The position numbers and the translations under genes were made by a program. A DNA stretch of 64,000 nt from Octopus vulgaris (Eukaryota): positions 28,396,001-28,460,000 of the forward strand of contig OX597826.1 of NCBI GenBank assembly GCA_951406725.2, in the 5' to 3' direction. Positions within the stretch are counted from its first letter, which is position 1; every line of letters begins with the position of its first letter. Shown here one piece after another: positions 1 through 13,717 of this stretch. Under the pieces are notes generated by a model that worked only from the letters and a program-made list of their open reading frames with translations, had not been told where the DNA came from and did no database searches.

Positions 1-45
1 ATATGATTGAACGCCACGCATCCTTTTCCAAAATTTATATATATA

Positions 46-557
46 CTAGCAGTATCGCCCGGCGTTGCTCGGGTTTGTAAGGGAAATAACTATATAAGCA
101 TTTTTAGAGAGTTACTTCCCTTATAGATGCCAATTCGGGCTTTCTTAGCCATTTTTGTTTTGGTGTCTTCAAGCCATGAAGTCGTTGTTCTAAAAGAACG
201 CTGGTCTCCTTCACAACGCATTACGACGTTGATTTCTTTACACTCACTTCCCCACAGCTTCACGAGGGAGGGAAGGGGGAGAAGCAAACAGGTGCAGCTG
301 TGAGCGTGGACGCCAACTCCGCCGCCATCGACACACGATGCATTTTATGCATTAAAATGGAATAAAAAATGATGTTAAATTATTTTTAAAATCGTAGACT
401 CATCGTTGACGCGCGCTAATAGTCAGACGGGCTCGATATGAATCACGACTATAAGATACCCGAATTTGGTTAAACTGCACCGCAAAATGTGGGAGGAGTT
501 AGGAATCTAAATCGAAGGGGACAGACACTCACACAACTAGAGTTTTATATATATAGA
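46..557 (-). mobile_element. Non-autonomous Helitron
   Basis: Minus strand begins TC (TCTATATATATAAAA) and ends CTAG (plus 46-49), with a subterminal GC hairpin CCCG...CGGG (58-73). Inserted between A and T inside a TA tract with no TSD. Confidence 0.75.
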
Positions 558-1042
558 TATATATATATAAACAAGATGGAAAACGAAGGCAAATATCGGT
601 AAATTTTAAGAAAGATGAAATACAAGAACACACAACCGTATGAGTTAGTTTTGTTGCCAATTAACAACAAAAGCTGGCGTGTGATTATGACGCTAATTAG
701 ATGTTAGCTGATGACGTCACACTAGTTTGAGATTAAATCGATAATTTGTGGTGGGGGGAGAGGTATTGCGTAAATTGTTTTAAAAAAATACCAAAAAAAA
801 AAAGCGTTGAAAGTAAACAGTTTTGGCTCAAATTAAAATTTCTGAAAGAAATATTTTTTATTATGTTTTTGTTGCTGTTGTTGCATTCGTTGTTGTTACT
901 GACGTTGATGAATAGCCACAAATCAACGTTGATCAAGCAAACCGGTGATCAAAGGCATTCCAGTCATGACCATCCTGTCTTTCAGGGATCTTTATATGTG
1001 TGTATATGTGTGTGTGTACATATGCATGTAATGCATCTTCTA

Positions 1043-1222
1043 ATTGTTTGTCATTTGACTGCGGCCATGCTGGGATATTGTCTTGAAAGGGTCTAGTCGA
1101 AGAAATCGGCCCCTGTGCTTATTTTTAAGTATGGTACTTATTTTACCGTTACCCTTTTGCCGAACCGCTAAGTTAGGGCGACGTACTGAGATCAGCACTG
1201 GTTGTCATGCTATAGTGGGGAT
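1043..1222 (-). mobile_element. SINE family A, 3' fragment
   Basis: Matches the tail of the full copies (cagtcatttgactgcggccatgctgg...ttttgccgaaccgctaagtta). Confidence 0.7.
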
Positions 1223-1444
1223 CACATACGAATATATGTAATATATTTACAGACGCGCGCGCGCACACACACACGTCTGTGTGTCTATATTTATGCATTC
1301 ACAAATTGATAGAATCGTTATAATGTTGAATAAACTACCGCACCGTTTTTTATTTCGACTCTCTATGCTCAAATGACGCTGAAATCAAGTTTGCCTTTCA
1401 TTCTTCCGGGGTCCGACAAAAGCCTATCAATCCAGTGAAGGAGA

Positions 1445-1630
1445 TTGACAGAACTTTTGGGAACCAGCGTACCAAAGAACAGACCCGACGTTTTCTCTGC
1501 ATGTCGTACAAGATGACTAAAAGACGTTGTGGTAGGATTTGCTCTCCGACCTCGTAGAACCCTCAACAGCAAAAAGTTACCCACACAGATCCAAAGGCTG
1601 GAGGGTTGTCACCGGAGTGGTGCAGAGGTA
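1445..1630 (+). mobile_element. Interspersed repeat; second copy inverted at ~57065-57255
   Basis: Both loci share tgactaaaaga.gttgtggtaggatttgc.ctccgacct...ggagtggtgca. Confidence 0.6.
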
Positions 1631-3854
1631 TCATCTGCCAAGAGGTATCACCGATAAATGTACAGTGCAGCCCCATGCCTGACCTGATCTGGGTGAGAGG
1701 GGGCAATGCCCCTGCGGTACCTCTTGTTTCTTTGAGTTCTGACAGCGCTATCTGCGATGACAGTGGGTCCAAGATGTATATCGGTCCAGGTCGGTGGTGG
1801 CCTTTTCCTTAGATAAATTCTGGTCCTATGGAGAGGGAAAAATTTATGAATGGCCAACTGCTAGAACAACCCTCAGAACACAACAAAAAGACAAAAAAAG
1901 AATAAGAAAGAAAGAAACGCTTGTATAGACTGGCTCACACACGTTAAGATGGTTGCTCAAACTTGACTGACGGAGGGTGTATTCACACACACACACACGC
2001 AAACACACACACACGCAAAACATGAAAGCTTTTAACAAAATAATTTCAGTAAAGGAAACAATGATGATGACGGTAAAGGTGGTGGTGATGATTATGAAAA
2101 CGATGATGATGATGAAGACGATGATGATAGTGATGACGATAAAGATGATGACGAAGGAGGAGGAGGAAGAAAAAGGAAGGGGGAAGGAGATGATGATGAA
2201 GAAAAAAGAGGAGATAAGTTGTAGTAAATAATATCTCCTTGTTACAAAGTGATTTAAACATGTCAGACTTATTTAGTTAGACGCCATCTTTCGCTGTGAA
2301 GACGAAGATGAGGCCAGGAGTGGAGACGTAAAAATGGTTGTTAGCGACGGAAATAATGAATGAAAGATAAGCAGACGATTGTAAGGGAGAGAAAATGTGT
2401 GAGGAACTATGTTTTGAAGTTGTCGTCTGCTTGTTTTTCATGTTAATTCAACCTGTGTGCTTAATTTTTATATGTGTATTGTGTGTGTGTAATATATTTA
2501 GATATGTGTGCATGTATAATTTTTGTATGCGTATGTATATGTCGGCCAAACTGTTTTTATCTATTATCCGACATATGTCTGTATATGTGCGCATAAATAT
2601 ATGTGCATATATATATATATATATGTATGTGTGTGTATAGCGCGAAGGAAAAATATTTGTTTATATATATATATATATATATTGAATGGATTTATATATA
2701 GGTATATATGAGTGTCTCTACGTGCGTTTGTGTGTGTGTACGCTTATAACATGCATGATTGCAATTATGTATTTTGCGCAAGTGTGTGTCTATTGGTGTT
2801 GTTTTGTCCATCCTTACAGCACCGTCCCAGAAACCCGAGTTTGAAGCAGTTAATGCTCGACGTAAAATTTTTTAATGTTGATCTCTTGAGAAAGAAAATT
2901 TTTGAAGAAAATGTTGACCAGTGGGAGTTTTGTGGAAGAAAGATTGGACAAAAAATTAACTACGATCTTTAATACACAAACCGATTGACGAGAAGGTGAG
3001 ACTTTTGTTGGCGTTGTTCTCGTTGTTGTCGTTGTTCATGTCTTGTTGTTGTCGGTTATGTCTGACGAATCAAATCTTCTATTGTCAAACAAGTTCATTC
3101 TAGAATTACATTATCCAGTATCACCACCAGTTTTATATCATTACGGCGTTAGCGTAACAGCTCATGTCTTACTGGGTACGATGAAAGGGGGACACTTCTT
3201 GATGTCTTTCTGTGAAAGGGACATAACGTATATTTTCCTTCTGAAGACAAGAGAGCATCTTGAGCAAACGTTAACAAATACACTAGGCTCCCAAGTAAAG
3301 CCCTCAAAATTCGGCGAAATAGGTGGATGTGAATTACATGCCTTCAGCCCTTATGACGGTCAATGAGGGCTCCAGCAATTTGTTATCTCCGGCCTATAAA
3401 ATTGGTCTTCCGTCGGTTACTACGGCAAGTGTTACAGTTGACCCGATAAGCGGAGCAGACGGCCCATGAAATTAACGTGCAAGTGGTTGAGCACTTGACA
3501 GACACGCGTTCCCTTAAAGCAGTTCTCAGGGAGATTCAGTAGGTTGTTCCGTTGATCGGAGCAACTGAAACACACGTTGTCCTAACCGATGGAAAGCCAT
3601 TTTTTTTTCTCTTTTATGTTCTGAGTCCAATCATGCCATACACTAACTGTGTTTCATACTCTCACCTGGGGCTTTAGGTATTTTTAGTAGAGTACAATAT
3701 GCTGCAGTCATTCGGGCCAGGCTACCAATTTAAGGATATCTTACTCCATACCTCCTTCCCATCAGTTTCTGAAGCCTTTTAACTAATAATGATGGGCGCT
3801 GCCTATCCTTATGACTAAAATATATTTTTAAATAGCGGAAGAATGTGCTGTTGG

Positions 3855-4055
3855 AGGTCGTTAAAAAGGCATTTCCTAAAGTCTCATTTAGATTTCATTC
3901 AAGAAAATTCTGGTGGTGTGAACGATGAGTAAGAAGAACGGTTCCATCAAGATATTCTTGTGACGGAAACACTATACCAACCATATTGGAATAAAGGCTT
4001 CTATTGTCTGAGGCTGTTTCGCAACAACCCAGACCGAATCTATGAGTGAAAATTC
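3855..4055 (+). pseudogene. Decayed C-terminal fragment of a DNA-transposase-like protein
   Basis: Frame reads RSLKRHFLKSHLDFIQENSGGVNDE*EERFHQDILVTETLYQPYWNKGFYCLRL. This matches a widespread invertebrate transposase motif SLKxHFLxSHLDFFPENLGAVSDEHGERFHQDI..ME.RYQ..W. In-frame stops are present; superfamily not assigned. Confidence 0.65.
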
Positions 4056-4350
4056 ATATTCACACCATGGATAATGTAGAATTCTTTAATTACGTGTTTA
4101 TCTAATTGTAATTATGAGGGAATAAAATGAGGTTAAAATTAATTATGAATTAATTAAGGGTTTCGGTTCAAACTATAAACACTTTTGTATATTCTTATAA
4201 TATTATTAAAAGGGTGTTCTGTATGTGTATGTGTGTGTGTGTCTGTATGTGTGTGTATGTGCGAATGCACTAACATATATATCATATAGTTGCGTGCATG
4301 TGAGTGTAAGTACATTTACGTATGGATGTGTGTAAAATATATACGTTAAT

Positions 4351-4416
<66 letters not shown>

Positions 4417-4868
4417 CACAAATATATGTATACATACAAATATATGTGTTTGTATGTATGTTTATGCATATAAATTTGTGTAGCCGTACAGTGCAATTTA
4501 AATCTTAAATTGAGCGACAAATAGCCAGTATTTAAAACTGCATGTGTATTAGAATCGTTCTGAAATTGGGTTTTAGTGTTACCAAGAATATATATAGAAA
4601 ATAAAGCAAATCATTAGAGATGGCTAACAAGATATTTAGTTACACCGTCTTACGTACGTTTCATTAACATAAAGTGATTTGGGGTTACATAATGTAAAGT
4701 ACTTATTCAGGGTTTAATGACAAATCGTCAGAGACGCATAACTATTATACGCAAAATTTACATGACTATTTTCATTGTCTTGATTAATAATCACCATGCG
4801 TTAATGAACTATGTAAGATAGTGTAAACAAATATCGTACAAACAACCTGTCATGTTTTGTTGTTGTTG

Positions 4869-4913
<45 letters not shown>

Positions 4914-4915
<2 letters not shown>

Positions 4916-5126
4916 CGCGCTGAAAAGTTCCTGGCTTTGGGTAAAAAAAACAACAGCAGAAATCAGTTAATTATGATTTTATTCAACATATTCCCCTCTG
5001 AGATTCACACAAGTATTGCGGTGGTTCTGCAGTTTTTCTAAGCCCTGTAAAAGAACTGGGAACGCTGGACCTCCAACCAAGCCTTTCGCGACACCCTTAA
5101 AGCCAGGAACTTTTCAGCACCCCTCA
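4914..5126 (+). mobile_element. Tc1/mariner-type MITE
   Basis: TIRs gctgaaaagttcctggcttt / aaagccaggaacttttcagc with TA flanks; three copies in the window. Confidence 0.75.
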
Positions 5127-5353
5127 TATTTATAGATCCATATATATGTATACACATATATATGAATTTGAACATACACGTACAGACAGGCATATACATA
5201 AATGTGCATATGTATGTATGTGTAAATGTGTGTATGTGTGTGTTTATGGAGGAATGTGCTAACGTCGACTTACTGATATATAACCAAGTTCCTCTTTAAG
5301 AATTTCATACAGAACCTTACTTCACTCGCTTCCAATATATAGCAAATATATAC

Positions 5354-5760
5354 GGCGGTGAACTGGCAGAGACGTTAGCACGCCGGGCAAAATGCTTAGC
5401 AGTATTTCGTCTGCCACTACGTTCTGAGTTCAAATTCCGCCGAGGTCGACTTTGCCTTTCATCCTTTTGGGGTCGATTAAATAAGTACCAGTTACGCACT
5501 GGGGTCGATATAATCGACTTAATCCGTTTGTCTGTCCTTGTTTGTCACTTCTGTGTTTAGCTCCTTGTGGGTAGTAAAAAAAATAGGTATTTCGTCTGCC
5601 ATTACATTCTGAGTTCAACTTCCATCGAGGTAGACTTAATCGCCCATCCTTGCAGGGAGGGCGATTAAAATAAGTACCAGATACACACTGGGGTCGATGT
5701 AATCGACTTAATTCCCTCCCCACGTAACTGCCCCTGTGACAAAAGATTTGAAATCATTAT
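5354..5760 (+). mobile_element. SINE family B (tRNA-derived head), dimer-like unit with (ATT)n tail
   Basis: Head ggcggtgaactggcagagacgttagcac, B-box-like gagttcaaattcc, core gtcgactttgcctttcatcc; more than 10 copies in the window. Confidence 0.8.
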
Positions 5761-5765
5761 TATTA

Positions 5766-5821
<56 letters not shown>

Positions 5822-6984
5822 AAGTAACAGAGTCGATTTGTTCGACTCAACATTTTAAGCCAGTGCCCCAGCATGGTCGCAGTCTAAAACAAAGTAAATT
5901 ATATAAATTAAATAAAGTCCACTCTTTGCCACATTTTCTGTCTAACGTGTCTGCAATTTGAGCGGGATTTGGCTTCTGTTTTTAGCAACCACGAGGTGGG
6001 GCGTTCCTTCGCCAGTCAACATGGAGGCAGTCTGGCTGATTCTGTCTTCGGAAATGTCAGAATCAATTAGAAATATAAACCATTCCTTCGAACTCCCAAT
6101 GGACCACAGTCCTCTGCGGACGTGGTATCATCTACAACTCATCTCCCACCCACCCACCCGTTTTGTTGATTTTGTAATTATTGTTGATGCTATTTTGCTG
6201 TTGATGTTTAACTCTAGGTCGGCTCTAAGCGAGTAGATAAATCTATGATCAACGGCATTCCATCCGTGACCATCCCGTTTTCATGGGACGCACTATCAAT
6301 ATATTAATATCCAACGTGTTCCTTTTTAAAACGGTGGGGGTTGTGTTTTGAGAAAGATTTCGGTGCTATTTCTAGCGAAATCGAATGACCATATAGAGAC
6401 CCCTGTTTTGAGTTGTTTACTTGGGGTGTTTATTGTTGTTGTTGCTGTTGTTGTTGTTGCTGCTGTTGTTGTTGTTTGGATGTTATTGGCGGTTGGTGTT
6501 ATAACTGTTTTTGTTGTTGCTGTTGTTGGACATGATGGTGGTGGTTGTTGTTGTTGTTTTAATAGTAATGGTTGCTGTTCATGTTGTACTTGCTGGGCGT
6601 GGTGGTGGTGGTGATGCTGGAGAAGGCGGAAGTGGGGAGGAATTGGTGATGGTCGGGGCGCAGCGAGGGCGCTTGAGGCGGGACGGGGGCGTGATGATGA
6701 TGATGATGGTGGTGGTGGTGGCGGTGCTGGTGTGGCTGTTGTTCTTGTTGTTTTCTTGTGTAGATTTTATTAAATAAAGGATTTAGAAAGTCTCCAGGTA
6801 TTAAACCAGGCGCCATCAACTGCAACAGCGTCTCTCTCCTTCTCTTCTTTTCTCCTCTCGTTCTTTCACTTTCCTCATATCTGTTTCTCTCTTTCTCTCT
6901 TTCTCTCCCTCAATATTAGCATAACTGCCGTCTTCAATCCATCACCATTACCACAATCAACATAATTCTTCTTCTTCTTCTTCT

Positions 6985-7031
<47 letters not shown>

Positions 7032-7091
7032 TTCTTCTTCTTCTCCTCCTATTGTTACTACTACTGATGATGATGTTGATGATAATCATAA

Positions 7092-7304
7092 TTCTTTCTA
7101 CTACAGGCACAAGGACTCAAATTTAGGCGACGATAGCGGGCTAGTGGACTGCATCAACCCCCAGTACTTATTTTATCGACACAGGAACGATGGAAGGCAA
7201 GGTCAACCTCAACGGAATCTGAACTCAGAACGTAAAAAAGACGGACGAAATGCCGCCAAACATTTTACCCGGCATGCTAACGACTCCACCAGCTCACCGC
7301 CTTA
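7092..7304 (-). mobile_element. SINE family B
   Basis: Reverse complement of the family B consensus, ending ccagctcaccgcc. Confidence 0.75.
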
Positions 7305-7914
7305 AAAACCTGCCAGGATAAAGAACAAAATATTAAGAGCTACCCAAATATAAGCGAAGAAAATCGATTAGCCCAAGTTAGCTTCAGCTTCATATTTCCG
7401 GGGTCAACATTCCTACAAACTCCCTACAGAATTCAGGAGTCGGGGGATGCGATTTCATCTTGAATAAACCCCATCACCCCAACGAACTTGTAGCCTCAGT
7501 GCTTATGTTAGAAACGATTATAGATGAACCTATTCGGGTTTCTCTTGAAAAGGAAAATAAGGGTAACGAAGGGAGTACTGCCTTCTAGCCAGTTTGCTGA
7601 AAGGTGGATGAAAGTGGTGAGAATGGTGCGGGTGAACGGGCCTGCCGTGAGCATACGCCTGTAGTTGGAAAAAGGAAAGGGAAAAAGGAACCTGTCCCAA
7701 AAAGTCAGGGTACCTCTGGATTTATTATGGGGTTTTTCCATGAGCAGCCCTCGAACGACTCCTCCCTATTAAGGATCACACATTGGTTTACACATAAACC
7801 CACACAACACACATTCACATATGCATTCTTTGTTTTGCCCCTCACTGTCCATAATGGTTTTCTTAATGTAAACCCTTGTGGTTAATAAAGAAATCATTAT
7901 TATTTTTTTTTTAT

Positions 7915-8457
7915 TGAGTGAGAGAGCTGTGCATACCATCAAAGTGACACTGGGGTAAAATATACGAAGCCCAGTATACCCATTATGACTACTAGTCTCA
8001 TAAGAGTACACCAGGCAAACATATGTGCGCGGCGTGGTGATCTCATATCAAGATAAACATCGCATGACCTTGCAGGTTAGATTTTCTTCAGGTCGAGTAG
8101 CCCATCCCGCTCAAATGGTCCCTGAATAAGGGCTGTTTAAAGATGTTGAACGAAACATCCATGTTTCTAAGGGTGAATTATTCAAACCCCACAAAATTCC
8201 TCTCGACACATGACTATGATGCTCCCCAACAACTTCTGCTCGTGATCAGAGATGCACATAGGGACAGAGCTGCCACTAAGGGACATGCTCCACTAGTTAA
8301 GGTCAAACAACTGACAAGCAAATCTGTGGTATTGAGCAGAATATATTAGTTGTAGCCCATCTTTTATACCAAGACAAGGTATGTACATGATAACACTTCC
8401 AATCAGTTAAGATCAGAAGCTATGAGATCCACTGATTGCACTGCATCAGGGCATTTA
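7915..8457 (-). mobile_element. Interspersed repeat family E (probable non-LTR retrotransposon 3' end)
   Basis: Near-identical segments at 13402-13668 and 43185-43506; abuts A/TAA-rich tails. Class is inferred. Confidence 0.65.
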
Positions 8458-8458
8458 T

Positions 8459-8507
<49 letters not shown>

Positions 8508-8616
8508 GAGGTGACGAAGTGAGAGAATTGTTAGTACACCGGACAAATGCATCGCAGCATTTTGCCCGATTCCACCTTGCCAATCCATTCAACTAGTAAA
8601 AATAAAGAATCATATA

Positions 8617-8779
8617 GGCGTAGGAGTGGCTGTGTGGTAAGCACCTTGCTTACAAACCACATTGTTCTGGGTTCAGTCCCACTGTGTGGCACCTTGGGCA
8701 AGTATCTTCTGCTATTGCATCGGGCCGACCAAAGCCTTGTGAGTGGATTTGGTTGACGGAAACTGAAAGAAGCCATTCG

Positions 8780-8835
<56 letters not shown>

Positions 8836-9003
8836 TGTGTTTACAATGCTGGTGTGTTTACGTCCCCGTAACTTAGCTGTTCGGCAAAAGAGACCGATAG
8901 AATAAGTACTAGGCTGACAAAGAATAAGTCTTGGGGGCGATGTGCTCGACTAAAGGCGGTGCTCCAGCATGGCCACAGTCAAATGACTGAAACAAGTAAA
9001 AGA
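8617..9003 (+). mobile_element. SINE family A (tRNA-derived head, internal (TA)n(TG)n tract)
   Basis: Head ggcgtaggagtggctgtgtggtaag, B box gggttcagtccc, core ccttgggcaagt, tail gactgaaacaagtaaaaga. Confidence 0.85.
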
Positions 9004-9350
9004 GTAATCCTGCGACGGACCGGCGTCCTGTCCAGAGAGGAACCTATACGCTAGAGAAACCGGATCAAAAGGATAAGATAAGAACCAATTGAGCGCTGAG
9101 GTAGATGCAATCGAGTAGATCCGTTTATAGTTCAAATTCCTCCGAGGTCGACTTTACCTTTAATTCCTTCGGCGTCGATAAAATACGTACCAGTTGTGTA
9201 CTGGGGTCGATGTAATCTCGTTAGTTTTTGACCACACGGAGAATCGCCAAAAAATTTTGCAGCCACGTTGGTATGGGTGAGGAAAGTTGTAAAACACAGT
9301 CCTCATTATTTACATTTGACAGATATTTGTCCTAATCTTATTTGTTGTTA

Positions 9351-9394
9351 ACACAACGTTTCGGCTGATATACCCTCCAGCCTTCTTCAGGTGT
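9351..9394 (-). ncRNA. Minimal type I hammerhead ribozyme motif
   Basis: acac-CUGAAGA-a-ggcug(gaggguauau)cagcc-GAAA-cg-UU-gugu; stem I acac/gugu, palindromic AACGUU stem III region. Confidence 0.65.
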
Positions 9395-9579
9395 CTTGCG
9401 GAAATTTCAAACCTGGGTTCTTATTCTTAAGATATTTTTCGATGTTGTTATTATTACTATCATTATTCAGGTCACTTGGAATCGAACTCGGAATCTTGGA
9501 GTTAGTAGTCCGCGCTCTTGACCACTATGCCATATATGCCCGTGAGCAATTATGGAGTGAATTTTAGGGCTTATAGATC

Positions 9580-9628
<49 letters not shown>

Positions 9629-9790
9629 TACAACAACAACAACAATAATAATAACATCGAAAAAATACCTTAGGAATGAGAACCCATGTTCGAAATTTCC
9701 CCAAGACACCTGATGAAGGCTGGAGGGTATATCAGCCGAAGCGTTGTGTAAAACAACAAACAAGATAAGGACAAATATCTGTCAAACACA

Positions 9791-10180
9791 GGTGCAGGAG
9801 TGGCTGTTGGATAAGTATCTTGCTTACCAACCACATGGTTCTGGGTTCAGTCCCACTGCGTTGTACCTTGGGCCCGTGTCTTCTACTATAGCCGACCAAA
9901 GCCTTGTGAGTGGATTTGTAGACGGAAACTGAAAGAAGCCAGTCATGTATATGTGTGTGTGTGAATGTGTGTGTGTGTGTTTGTCTCCCCAACATCGCTT
10001 GACAACCGATGCTGGTGTGTTTACGTCCCTGTCACTTAGCGGTTCGACAAAAGAGACCGATAGGATAAGTACTAGGCTTCCAAAGAATAAGGCCTGGGGT
10101 CGATTTGATTTGACTAAAGGCGGTGCTCCACCATGGCCGCAGTCAAGTGACTGAAACAAGTAAAAGAATAAAAGAATAAA
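9791..10180 (+). mobile_element. SINE family A, full length, nested in the inverted-arm element
   Basis: Complete head-core-tail; the host arm resumes at 10181. Confidence 0.85.
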
Positions 10181-10544
10181 TATAAATAATGTACATATTT
10201 CCTCATCTCTTAAATATAGAACTGTGACACAGTTCTCATTTCTTCAAGGATCAGTGCTACGCGCAACTTTAAAATTCAGATCTCTTCTTGGCACACGAAT
10301 TTATTTTCTATCACGTATTTTACAAACCATTTTCCTTTTTAATAATAATTTTCTTATTGGTTTTGCTTTTGCCCAAGCAGAATTAGTCCCTGGTGGTATT
10401 TACTACCCACACAAACCACTACTAATAACAATAAACTCTACTATCCGTTATTGCTCAGGAATTACCAACATCTTCAGATTCTAGTAGTGTTACCCACTTG
10501 GCTAGTCCACATTATGGAGTAAAAAGCATAGAGACGGGTTCCCG

Positions 10545-10730
10545 GTTTCTCTGGAGTATAGGTTTCTCTCTGGACAGGATTATTTTTTTTTAAACCTGTA
10601 GAATGGATTGGAGCAGCCTGAAATGAAGTGTTTTGCCCAAGAACACAACGCATCGCCAGGCCCAGGAATCGAAACCACAATCTTGCGATCATGAGTCGAA
10701 CACTTTAACTACTAATCCACGCGCCTCCAC
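10545..10730 (-). mobile_element. SINE family D (tRNA-derived)
   Basis: Minus head ggaggcgcgtggattagtagttaaag, B box gtttcgattcc, core gttgtgttcttgggcaaaacacttcatttca; homologous to 58553-58776. Confidence 0.75.
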
Positions 10731-10834
10731 GGTGTTACCCACACAGACATCACTAATTCCATTAGATTGTAACGATGTTCATTGCCCACAATGACTTCAA
10801 CTAATTACTTTAAATGTCCATAATAACTACTTAC

Positions 10835-11032
10835 ACTTTTACATGTTTCAGTCATATGACTGTGGCCATGCTGGAGCACCACCTTTTAGTCGAGCAAATC
10901 GACCCCAGGACTTATTCTTTGTCAGCTTAGTATTTATTCTATCGGTTTCTTTTGCCGAACCGCTAAGTTACAGGGACGTAAACACACCAGCATCGGCTGT
11001 CATGTTTGGGGGGGACAAACACAGACGCACAA

Positions 11033-11107
<75 letters not shown>

Positions 11108-11265
11108 CAACGGGCTTCTTTCAGTTTCCGTCTACCAAATCCACTCACAAGGCTTTGGTCGGCCCGAGGCTATAGTGGAAGACACTTGCCCAAGATTCCA
11201 CGCAGTGGGACTGAACCCGGAACCATGTGGTTGGTAAGCAAGCTACTTACCACACAGCCACTCCT
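10835..11265 (-). mobile_element. SINE family A, full length
   Basis: Reverse complement of the family A consensus. Confidence 0.85.
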
Positions 11266-11821
11266 AGCATTCTGTGCTGCTTATTAGCTACACACACCAT
11301 TATTAACATCTTCGGGTTCGAGTGGTGTGGCTCACATAGACATCCCTTTTTACAGGGTTCTTCAACAATGTTTTGTTCATGGAGCCCCTTTTATTCCTAA
11401 TTTACTCGGACACGCCCTCGTAGCCACTCGATGATTGAAAAATAACCCATTCTATTTTTACAATTAAGTATCATTAGGACAAATTTATTGTACATAGATT
11501 TTAACAACAAAATCTTACATGAACCCCAAGGAATCATAAAGACCTTGAGTGATGACCACAGCTTTAGAAGTATTTATTACCCACAGAAACCTTGAGTAAT
11601 ATCCTTAGATGCCTACTGTGACCATCACTATTGACCTCCAACACTAGAGAGTTCAGTCTGTTGTTTACACTGTCCACCATCTTAGACCTTTGTGGTGCTT
11701 ATTGCCTATACTGGCTATAACAGATTAACTTAAACTCTAGGGAGTTTATGGCCGACCGCCAAACGATCCTGCGTCCCCATAGCTTGTCTAATACCCATTG
11801 TTTCTAACGAAGGCACTAAAC

Positions 11822-12114
11822 CGGTGATTCTCAACCATTTTTTTTTTGTCTATGGATCCCTTTTATTTCTGTTTTACTTGGGTGGGGACCCCCTTAGCCA
11901 TTCGATGTCTTAATCCGATTGTATTTTTATTATTAAATATTATTTAGGAATTGTATAAAAAATTTGTTGGAATATTTTGTGTACTACAGAAATATAACCA
12001 ATTGGTTGCACATAAATTTTAACGACAAAATCTCCCTTAGGGTCATATGGAACTCCAATGGCCAATTGAACCCCCCTCACCAAGGGTTATATGAACCCCG
12101 GTTGTGAACCACTG
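11822..12114. mobile_element. hAT (Charlie-like) MITE; older relative at ~11353-11560
   Basis: TIRs cggtgattctcaacc / ggttgtgaaccactg; imperfect 8-bp TSD cactaaac / gactaaat. Confidence 0.6.
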
Positions 12115-12818
12115 GACTAAATCGTAATTCATTTTAGTCGGGTAGAGTTAGAGGGATTAAATCAGCACTTAACTGGAAATTTCATTGATCTCGCACAGTT
12201 TACGTTGGTGGGATTTGAACTCAAAGCCTAAAGAGCGTTGATACATAGATCATCAGTAATTTTTCTCGATTCCGTATTCGTTCTGAATCTCTACTATATG
12301 AGTTCAAATCTTGCTGAGCTCAGTTTCTCAATTTTTAGCATCCTTCTTATCATCCTTTTGGGTGGAGTCGATAAATAAAGTACCACTTGAATACTGTGGG
12401 GGAGGGGTCAGTTTCTCTCTCACTGCTACATTGCACTGCTAGAGGATGACTAGAAAACGACGCACGCCGTACCATTCTCCAGGAAGTGAGAGGACCTAAA
12501 TAAGGATCAGGCACTCTCTTCTCAAAGACAAGTCGAAATATTACTGCAAGTGACCCAGGACAGATACAAAGACAAACAGACAAACAAATAGATGTACAGA
12601 TCAATAAGGAATGGAAATGAAGAATTAAGAATAAGCAGAACTCATGTGATATTTACAATGGACCCTTTGACAAAGACAAAAGTTTGCAAAGGACCATTTT
12701 TGTACATCTTTTACAGCTAAAGGACTGAGCTATTTCATTAGTACCAGTTGCAAACTGGAGTCGGTTAACCACCACACACTCCTTAAAAGTTGAAGGATTT
12801 GTGCTTAAATTATTATTA

Positions 12819-12873
<55 letters not shown>

Positions 12874-12902
12874 CATTTTTATCATTTTTATTATTATTGT
12901 TA

Positions 12903-13117
12903 AGTCGGTGAGCTGGCAGAATCGTTAGCACGCCGGACGAAAGGCTTAGCAGTATTTCACCCGTCACTGCGTTCTGAGTTCAAATTCCGTCGAGGTCGAC
13001 TTTGCCTTTCATCCTTTCGGGGGTCGATTAAAACAAGTATCAGATACGCACTGGGGTCGATGTAATCGACGAGTCCCCTCATCCAAAATTCCAGGCCTTT
13101 TGCTTAGAGTAGAAGGG

Positions 13118-13165
<48 letters not shown>

Positions 13166-13666
13166 ATGGTGAGCTGGTCGAATGGCTACCACAGCGGACA
13201 AAATATATAGTGGTGTTTCTTGCGGCTTTACGCCCTGAGTTCAAATTCCGCCGAGATAGACTTTACCGTTCATCCTTTCATGGTCGATAAAATAAATAAC
13301 AGTCGAGAACTAGGGTTAATGTAATTGAGTAATCCCCCTCCACCAACATCTCAGGCTTTGTGCCTATAGCAGAAAGGATTATTATTATTATTATTATTGC
13401 GTGAGAGAGCAGTTCATGCCATCAAAGTGACACTGGGGTAAAATATACGAAGCCCAATATACCCATCATGACTACCTGTCTGATAAGGGTACACCAGGCA
13501 CATGCATCACAACCATATGTGCGCGACATGGTGATCTCATATCAAGATAAACAGCACATGACCTTGCAGGTGGGGCCCAGTTAGAATTTTCTTCAGGTTG
13601 AGTAGCCCATCCCGCTCAAACGGTCCCTGAATAAGGGTCGTTTAAGGATGTTGAAAGAACCACCAA

Positions 13667-13717
<51 letters not shown>

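Larger units (their letters stand above)
9304..10223. mobile_element. Inverted-arm element with central tRNA-like head and a hammerhead motif in each arm (copy 1); right arm interrupted by SINE A
   Basis: 9304-9448 is the reverse complement of 9653-9786 plus the continuation at 10181-10223. The core 9467-9548 has A and B boxes on the minus strand. Same architecture at 42029-42480. Confidence 0.8.

Noticed and set aside
6348-6825. His/Val/Gly-rich ORFs
   Set aside because: Derived from (GTT)n/(GGT)n/(GAT)n repeats; no convincing splice sites or domains.
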